DNA of 56,852 nucleotides from an uncultured Alphaproteobacteria bacterium (GTDB lineage Bacteria; Pseudomonadota; Alphaproteobacteria; UBA7879; UBA5542): NCBI GenBank assembly GCA_903912365.1, contig CAIWGV010000038.1, positions 1 to 56,852 of the forward strand, read 5' to 3'. Shown piece by piece: positions 47,801 to 56,852 of this stretch (position 1 is its first letter; each line of letters starts with the position of its first letter). The notes under the pieces were generated by a model. It saw only the letters and a program-made list of their open reading frames with translations, ran no database searches and was not told where the DNA came from. The position numbers and the translations under genes were made by a program.

Positions 47801-48559
47801 ATGACAACCATATACACCACCCAATTTCTCGAGGCCCTTAAAAAGAAGCCGGAAGCACCTATGCCCAGCCCGTCGGTACCAGAGGATGCTGCAGATTCCA
47901 TTAAAGAGGTGAAGAACCCTCAGGGACACCTTATCATGAAGATCCCCTATAAAGAGGGCAAAATAAATGGAACTTATGAGGCCTATAACCCAGGGACCGG
48001 TCAGCTGATTCAGACAATCCAATACATGGCAGGTAAAATGCAGGGCATGATGACGGCCTATGATGTTCATCAACAGATGACCCATCAGATTCCCTATGTG
48101 GCGGGGAAAAAGGAGGGAAAAGCGACCTTTTTTTTGAGGGGATCTAAAGTGTCCGAAATCACGTACGCGGAAGATCAAATGAATGGGCCGTCTGTGCTTT
48201 TTGGGCCAGGGGAACATGTGAGTGCTCGCCTGTCTTATAAGGATAACCTGATGGAGGGGTCTTACGAGGCCTTTAATGGGGACCAGAAACTGGTAAAGAA
48301 ATGTACCTATAGCCAAGGGAAGTTAAATGGTCTTTGCCAACAATTCTATCCGGGTGGCCAAGTGTTTGAAGAGGCTACCTACATGCACGGGCGGGTGCAG
48401 GGAGAGCTTAAGAAATATCAACAAAATGGTTCTCTTTTAGAGATTTCCACCTATAATGATGAAGGTCGGTTGATCTCCCACGAGAAATTTGATGCCCATG
48501 GCAAGAGCCTTGGGAAAGAGGAGATTGCCCCCGCAAAGAGTAAAGAGATTCATGGATAG
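47801..48559 (+). CDS. MORN-variant repeat protein (YwqK-like)
   Basis: Repeated Y..GK..G....Y units. Confidence 0.85.
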   Translation: MTTIYTTQFLEALKKKPEAPMPSPSVPEDAADSIKEVKNPQGHLIMKIPYKEGKINGTYEAYNPGTGQLIQTIQYMAGKMQGMMTAYDVHQQMTHQIPYVAGKKEGKATFFLRGSKVSEITYAEDQMNGPSVLFGPGEHVSARLSYKDNLMEGSYEAFNGDQKLVKKCTYSQGKLNGLCQQFYPGGQVFEEATYMHGRVQGELKKYQQNGSLLEISTYNDEGRLISHEKFDAHGKSLGKEEIAPAKSKEIHG

Positions 48560-49001
48560 CTTTCATATTGAATACACGCAGTGGATCACCTTAGGGTTTA
48601 TTATCTCGTGTTTGGCTTTTGTGATCCCGCCCCGGATTCCGGCCATCATTGGGGCCGCAGCCTTTTTGGTAGGGCTTGTGTCTTGGATCTATGGGCTGGG
48701 GAATCCCGTGGGAATTTCGGCCTTGTATCAATTAAGTGCCTTCTTAGGACTCATTGTGGGGGGGCTGATGGTCTGGCCCGTGGGCCATTCGTTTGAGAGG
48801 GTGCGGCGGGGACACTTTAAAAAAGGGGTGCCCTACAGGGGGCAGGTCTTTGTGCTGAAATCGCCAGTGAAGAATGGATTTGGCACCCTTGAGTGGCAGG
48901 GCAAGACTTGGGTGCTGGTGGGGCCCGATATGCCTTCCGAGACAAAAGTAAGTGTGGTGTCCCAAGAAGGGGATACTTTGTACGTGAAGAAAGCGGAGTA
49001 A
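48552..49001 (+). CDS. NfeD-family (YbbJ-like) membrane protein
   Basis: TM helices, then G.....PVKNGFG.L......W...GPD.....V.VV...G..L.V. Confidence 0.8.
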   Translation: MDSFHIEYTQWITLGFIISCLAFVIPPRIPAIIGAAAFLVGLVSWIYGLGNPVGISALYQLSAFLGLIVGGLMVWPVGHSFERVRRGHFKKGVPYRGQVFVLKSPVKNGFGTLEWQGKTWVLVGPDMPSETKVSVVSQEGDTLYVKKAE

Positions 49002-49007
49002 ATTTTG

Positions 49008-49205
49008 ATGAAAGATGTGACAGAATTAAATTTTGAGCAGGCCATGGAAGAGCTGGAAGCCATTGTCAGAAAGCTTGAAGCAGGGCAGGATTCTCTGGAG
49101 AACTCTATAACGCTTTATGAGCGGGGCGTGGCGTTGAAGCAGTTGTGTGAGAAGAAACTCCAAGAAGCGACACTTAAAATAGAAAAAATCACTATTCCTG
49201 GCTAA
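49008..49205 (+). CDS. xseB: Exodeoxyribonuclease VII small subunit
   Basis: LNFEQAMEELEAIVRKLE...LENSITLYERG..L...C...L. Confidence 0.95.
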   Translation: MKDVTELNFEQAMEELEAIVRKLEAGQDSLENSITLYERGVALKQLCEKKLQEATLKIEKITIPG

Positions 49206-49332
49206 GCCTTTTGAGGCATCGACGTCGTCAGTTCGTTGCTTATTTATTGAACTCATACACTAAAAAGAAAATTGTTGACAGAAAATTAGTATATATAGTA
49301 CAAAGCGGCATGTTTTATAGGAGTATTTAAAA

Positions 49333-49854
49333 ATGTCGTTTTCTAAATTAAACTTGTTATTCGCAGCATTTATTTGTTTTTTTTCTTTAAACGGTAATAG
49401 TGCCGCAGCGGAAGATCTCTACACATTGAAATTAAAGGGCTTTGTTGTTCCAGCAATGTACACAATAGAACAGCCTCTTCCTGCAGGGATAATGAATGGA
49501 AGTTTTTGCCTCGCCAGCTTTCTAAGAGGTTTTTCCTTTCAAGGAATGGACTCCATTAGAGGTGGAGAATATCATGTGAGTATTCCGAGAAGTTGGGTGA
49601 CTCAGAATCTTAAAAAAGAGGAGAATGGCTACGAGTTGATAGCAAATCTCTCCGTTACGCAATATCAAACCGGAAAATTTGAAACAGAGCCAAAATATGA
49701 ATATGGCATAAGCCTTCTGTTTCCTGAAGATACACGGCAGGTTAAATATAAGGTTCTTACAGCTACTGCCCAAAGCCAACCTGGGTGGGGAAGTGGAAAT
49801 GATTATGATCGCTATGACATCCGTCTGCCTAATAATGGTAAGTGGGCCGAATAA
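49333..49854 (+). CDS. Hypothetical secreted protein
   Basis: Signal peptide then SAAAEDL; AGGAG SD. Confidence 0.65.
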   Translation: MSFSKLNLLFAAFICFFSLNGNSAAAEDLYTLKLKGFVVPAMYTIEQPLPAGIMNGSFCLASFLRGFSFQGMDSIRGGEYHVSIPRSWVTQNLKKEENGYELIANLSVTQYQTGKFETEPKYEYGISLLFPEDTRQVKYKVLTATAQSQPGWGSGNDYDRYDIRLPNNGKWAE

Positions 49855-49879
49855 CGCCAAACCCATAAAGTAATTAATT

Positions 49880-49918
49880 TCAGCCCTCAGCCCTTAGTTG
49901 GGCTAGGGCTGATTTTTT
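49880..49918 (+). terminator. Intrinsic terminator
   Basis: tcagccctcagccc-ttagtt-gggctagggctga followed by T-run. Confidence 0.75.
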
Positions 49919-50157
49919 ATGAGAGGTATACCACTTCTTTTTAAGCTGGGCCACCACGTCGGCACGTTGTGCCTCCTCGTGACGACGACTAAGGGAACCT
50001 TCTCCTCTCTTTTGATGCTTAATTAATGGGAATGGTATTAGTTATACGAATATCCTCAGGATGACGGGTGGGATATATTTCTGTATATTCATTGACTAAT
50101 TTTCCTATTTAAATTAGATATTTTCAACGAAAATAAATATACAAGTGAGTCAATATT

Positions 50158-51576
50158 TTGAAAAAACATCTTTATTTTATCATTTTGTTAATGTTAGGGA
50201 GTCTCGATGACGTGCACGGGGCCGCGAATTCTCGGGCATTTGACGAAAGCATACATAGGCAGCGTGCCTTTAGGGCCCAACGGCATGAAGAGCGTTTGAA
50301 TGACCAATATGGCGATATTGCCTTTCAGCTTAAGAGCCGACTCAATCTAACGGGACCGGCGGGGTTGCTGGTCTTTGGGTTGCTCATGAGCTCTATTGTT
50401 ATGCCGGCGGCCGCGGATGCTGGGGAGGAGGCGCCGTCTCCTCCGGTAGGCGCAAAAATTTCTTCTTCCCTAAATAAAACTCTGGAGTTTCACAAGACCA
50501 TACCCGACCGTCACCACGGAGGCGAGGAAACTAATACGCAGGTTCTCAAGCTGAGCCGCCAAGAGGTTGAGGTGTTGTATGAAGATGTTCGTCCGATTTC
50601 TCCTTCGGGGTTTCATGGGGTGTATTCAGCGGTTTTGAAGGAAGACAGGGAAGGGGCTCCAGCCGGAACAAAGGTTGCTCTGAGGTGTAACAAAATTTAC
50701 ACAATTCCTATGCTTGATGCAGATCTTTGGGCCAGAAGTATTCTTTCTTCCATAGGGGGGCTATCTGCTTATATCCCCAAGATATACGGCGTGTGGCAGG
50801 GGCCGTGGACGTCTGATTTTGTTCGTAACGAATTCTGGAATGAAAACACGACCATGCGGTGCCAGGAAATAGAGTTTCTGGATACAAATTATCCCAATCT
50901 GTATGGGGACATGAGCCCTTCCCCGGAGGAACGGATAGGAGAGTTTATGGATATTTCTTTTGATATCTTGGTGCAGGGACAGGTGAATCGCTTGCAAGAG
51001 GCTGGGGCTCTAGTTGAATATAAGACCTCTGCCGTTGCTGCTGCCTACAAAGACTACTTGAGGCCCACCCTTCTTTTCTTCGGAAATAGTAGAGGTACAG
51101 CTGTGGCTGAAGTGGGTGGTTCTAAAATGTCTGATAGGCTCCTCTTTGAACATTACATTGGAAATTGGGCGGTGAATAGAGTTGGGAAAATGAGCGTTCA
51201 CGAAGCGGGAGGAGACCAGTTACGGCATCACTTAGTCAAATATGACGAAAATTCTCTGGTGTATCGGATTGGAGAGGAAATATATCTTTTTCCTCCTGGA
51301 GAGTCCCCGCGACAGGTGGATTATGATCTGGCCCGTCGTTTGGAAGAGAAAAAGATGGCGGGAAAATATTTTCTGAACTGCGATGACTTTTTTTATGAGT
51401 ATTATTTTAAACGGGCCTCTGAGATGGGGCAGGGGTTCATAGCAAGCGTTTGCGAAGGCGTTGGGCTTTTTGACTCCATAAAAAGGCATTTCGGGGCGTA
51501 TCGAGTGTCAGCGGAGGCACCATTGCCGTCTGGGGCCACATATTATGAGATCTCAGCAGAATATTTAGGGGATTAG
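50158..51576 (+). CDS. Hypothetical exported protein, possible degenerate protein-kinase-like fold
   Basis: SGFHGVY..., KVALR, IPKIYG, QEIEFL, VH...D...HHLV, VDYDLA in kinase order. Confidence 0.55.
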   Translation: MKKHLYFIILLMLGSLDDVHGAANSRAFDESIHRQRAFRAQRHEERLNDQYGDIAFQLKSRLNLTGPAGLLVFGLLMSSIVMPAAADAGEEAPSPPVGAKISSSLNKTLEFHKTIPDRHHGGEETNTQVLKLSRQEVEVLYEDVRPISPSGFHGVYSAVLKEDREGAPAGTKVALRCNKIYTIPMLDADLWARSILSSIGGLSAYIPKIYGVWQGPWTSDFVRNEFWNENTTMRCQEIEFLDTNYPNLYGDMSPSPEERIGEFMDISFDILVQGQVNRLQEAGALVEYKTSAVAAAYKDYLRPTLLFFGNSRGTAVAEVGGSKMSDRLLFEHYIGNWAVNRVGKMSVHEAGGDQLRHHLVKYDENSLVYRIGEEIYLFPPGESPRQVDYDLARRLEEKKMAGKYFLNCDDFFYEYYFKRASEMGQGFIASVCEGVGLFDSIKRHFGAYRVSAEAPLPSGATYYEISAEYLGD

Positions 51577-51584
51577 AGGTAGAA

Positions 51585-51628
51585 AAAGTGGCGCCCTGAC
51601 GTGGGCCTTTGGCCTCCTCAGGGGGACG
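51585..51628. repeat. Family A palindrome half-copy
   Basis: aagtggcgccctgacgtgggcctttggcctcctcagggggacg. Confidence 0.6.
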
Positions 51629-51674
51629 ATCAAGAAAAAACCTCCCTTAATTTAAAAATAATTGAAAAAAGTAC

Positions 51675-51743
51675 TTGACGGAGGTGATGGCAATCCTTAT
51701 ATAAGTAGGACCGGGCAAAAGCCTGGACGTTATTTGACATAGT
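51675..51743 (+). promoter_or_regulatory. rRNA promoter with boxA-like element
   Basis: TTGACG-17 bp-TATATA preceded by an A-rich UP-like tract; gttatttgacatagt boxA-like. Confidence 0.6.
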
Positions 51744-51897
51744 AAACAAAAAATTGACACAAAGTTTTTCCATAACTTGTGCTGATTTATCAGCATAAGT
51801 TAAACAAGAACACGAGAAACGTAATCTTCTGTTTATACCTTTTTAAGAGGGGGTGTAGACAATCTCAAGAGAACAAATATCACTATATGTGAAAGTT

Positions 51898-54655
<2,758 letters not shown>

Positions 54656-54815
54656 GACTTCACATATAGTAACATTTGTTTTACTTGAAGAAGCATTACG
54701 CAACTCAAATTTTTAAGGAAAAATAAGCGATTCTCTTTAATAAGAGAGTCGCCGAAAATCACCTTTATAAGGGGATGTGTCAATTTTTTGACTTACTAAG
54801 GATAGGTCCTTAGAT

Positions 54816-54933
54816 AGTCTGGTGGTTATAGCAAGGGATTAACACCCGATCCCATCCCGAACTCGACCGTGAAAGCCCTTTGCGCCGATGGTACTACACC
54901 TTGATGTGTGGGAGAGTAGGTCGCTGCCAGACT
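54816..54933 (+). rRNA. rrf: 5S ribosomal RNA
   Basis: CTGGTGG...CACCCGATCCCATCCCGAACTCG...GCCGATGGTACT...GAGAGTAGGTCGCTGCCAG. Confidence 0.96.
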
Positions 54934-54944
54934 TTCTAAGGACC

Positions 54945-55475
54945 TTTTTTTTGAGCCATTGACTTCGTTAGTTCGTCGATCATGTAGGTTCACTACATGT
55001 CGCTCCTCCTGCCTCGTTCTGGCTCAAAAAACCTTCTGAACTAAGTTACTGTGTTGCTGTAGTGCTCCGTCGCTCCTGGCTCCTAGCCTGAGCGCAAAAA
55101 AACCTCCGGAACTAATTTGCATCGTCACTTCGTTGTTTATGGAGGTCTGCTACATTTCACTCCTCGTTCCTACTTCTGACTCAAAACCGTTTATCTAACA
55201 TGCTGATGCGTCCTTACATGGAGGCTCGTGTAATTCTACTACACGTCATCTCTCGTTTAAGTCAAGCTGGATCCCCACAGAAATTGTTCCAATTTCTTCG
55301 GGATGACATCGGCCTTTGGCCTTGTCAGTTCTGATTCAAAAAACTTCCTGAGCTCATTTACGTCGTAATTTCCCCCATTTCGTCCTCCTGAGCCCCAAAG
55401 GGGCATGAGGACCCAGCTTCTTTAAAAAAGCGGGTTCCTGACGTCAGACCTTCGGTCTTCCTCAGGATGACGTCT
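54945..55475. repeat. Mosaic of family B and family A palindromic repeats downstream of 5S
   Basis: Several ttttgag...ctcaaaa units with catgtag/ctacatg cores; complete CGTC...GACG copy at 55381-55471. Confidence 0.7.
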
Positions 55476-55582
55476 AGGAGAGCCCAACGGGTTTTTTGAA
55501 ATTTGCTTCCTCTTCTTGAAATTAGCCATCAGCAGACCTATATAATCTTTACTCCTCATGGGAAGAAAAAAAGGATAATAGA

Positions 55583-56614
55583 ATGCTGAAAGAAATTTTG
55601 AGAACGTTAATCTTATTTTGCCTTGTGCAAAATGGATTTTCTGCGGCCGTGGAGGATCTAGAGAAGGTCCCCTATAATCTTTTGGGCATAAAGCCTTATG
55701 ATGGTAAATCCCAAAAGAAATTTGAGCGGGAAGCAGGAATTGAAAATCGCTTTCTCGCCTCTTTTAAAACACCCAAAAAAGAACTTTGCTATGTGGGGGT
55801 GTCCCATGAAAATTCTCTGGAAGGAGATACGTTCCACCTGGTCAAAACTACATTTGATGCCTTTGAGCCAGAGATTTTGATCCTAGAGGGATTTTCCTAC
55901 ACCTATGGCCGCAATCCCTGGTTTATTCTAGATCGAATAAAAGAAATGACGGAGAGCACCCCCCATTGGCCAGGAGGAGAACCCAATTTTGCAGCTTTTC
56001 TTGCACAGAGAAAAGGAATCCCTTTTGTGGGAGCGGAACCTACCGATAAGGAAATCTGTGAGCAACTTATGGCCAAAGGATATTTAAATACAGATGTGGC
56101 ATTCTTCTATTTTCTTCGTCAAACGGGAGAATACTACAGATCCAAAGAGCTTTTGTCTGAGGAGCAGCTTCCCGTCTTATTTAAGAGAGATATGGGGGTG
56201 TATCAATTCCACTTCTTTTTGCAGAAAGTCCCCAGCTATGAAGACTACCAAAGCTGGCTTCGCCAGCACTGTCACAGAAATATTTGCTTTAAAAATATTG
56301 ACCAGCTCTCTGGTGAGCTGACGGCTCCAAAACTCGATGGTAAACTATTTACACATCAGATCTCTAACGAGATCAATGCCATCAGAGATGCGTATATTTT
56401 AAAGGTTGAACTGAATATTGCGCGAGAGTTCAGTAAAATTATGATTGTTTATGGGGGAGCCCATTATTATTCCCAAGAGGAGATTCTGAAAAGATACTTT
56501 GGAGAACCCACCTATAGGAGATCTAGGACGTCTCGTCGGTTCTTTGGAAAAAAGGCCCCGACCGCTGCACAATTCTTTAAAACTTACCCCAAAACAAAAA
56601 TCTCTTTGGTATAG
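55583..56614 (+). CDS. Secreted hypothetical protein, possibly TraB/TIKI/EreA-like metal-dependent fold
   Basis: Signal peptide + SAAVED; YVGVSH, ILILEG, GGE, AQRKGIP, IRD, IVYGGAH. Confidence 0.6.
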   Translation: MLKEILRTLILFCLVQNGFSAAVEDLEKVPYNLLGIKPYDGKSQKKFEREAGIENRFLASFKTPKKELCYVGVSHENSLEGDTFHLVKTTFDAFEPEILILEGFSYTYGRNPWFILDRIKEMTESTPHWPGGEPNFAAFLAQRKGIPFVGAEPTDKEICEQLMAKGYLNTDVAFFYFLRQTGEYYRSKELLSEEQLPVLFKRDMGVYQFHFFLQKVPSYEDYQSWLRQHCHRNICFKNIDQLSGELTAPKLDGKLFTHQISNEINAIRDAYILKVELNIAREFSKIMIVYGGAHYYSQEEILKRYFGEPTYRRSRTSRRFFGKKAPTAAQFFKTYPKTKISLV

Positions 56615-56852
56615 TTTTATAGAGAGGAAGCGGTTGCTCCCACATGGCCCCAAGAGCCCTTCTCGGGGGACTGTCGATGGCTGTTTTGTTAGATGTTTGG
56701 TGGGATTTGAGATGACCGGAGGATCAAAACCCATGTAAAAGTTCAGATAGATGTGAGACTGAGCGAGGGGGATAAGCGGAGCCATAAATAGCGAAGCGAG
56801 ATCCCCCTTGCGAATAAAAAAAAAGACCTTCAGGATATGTTTGTTGAAACCA

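Noticed and set aside
54945-55480. Repeat cluster as a CRISPR array
   Set aside because: Units are degenerate, irregularly spaced and internally palindromic, and match dispersed repeats elsewhere.
56399-56852. ORFs at the right edge
   Set aside because: They overlap the 55583 gene or show no recognisable motif; possibly the 3' end of a gene outside the window, which I cannot support.

Overview
Chromosomal window from an alphaproteobacterium that looks like a Holosporales-type intracellular symbiont. This is inferred from alpha-type gene order (truB-rpsO-pnp), a T6SS and many orphan signal-peptide proteins with eukaryote-like motifs. Housekeeping genes (secB, mutS, dut, ubiE, truB, rpsO, pnp, pal, ygfZ, plsY, nagZ, rpoH, xseB), two tRNAs and a stand-alone 23S-5S rRNA unit without 16S are interleaved with four kinds of accessory DNA. 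(1) A T6SS tail/baseplate cluster: tssB, tssC, two very divergent Hcp-like genes, tssE, tssF, tssG and vgrG, interrupted and flanked by toxin-antitoxin modules. (2) Candidate secreted effectors: an F-box/LRR protein, a 922-aa protein ending in a p97/VCP-interacting (VIM)-like motif plus a FAF1/FAF2-like segment, a protein with a HicA-like C-terminus, a kinase-like protein, and a DnaQ-like exonuclease with a signal peptide. (3) A 356-bp non-autonomous element with CAGGG-ended (ISAs1-like) 19-bp inverted repeats and a perfect 10-bp target duplication; it carries a truncated GIY-YIG nuclease between two palindromes, and partial copies occur elsewhere. (4) Two dispersed palindromic repeat families. 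All family assignments come from reading motifs by eye; no searches were run.
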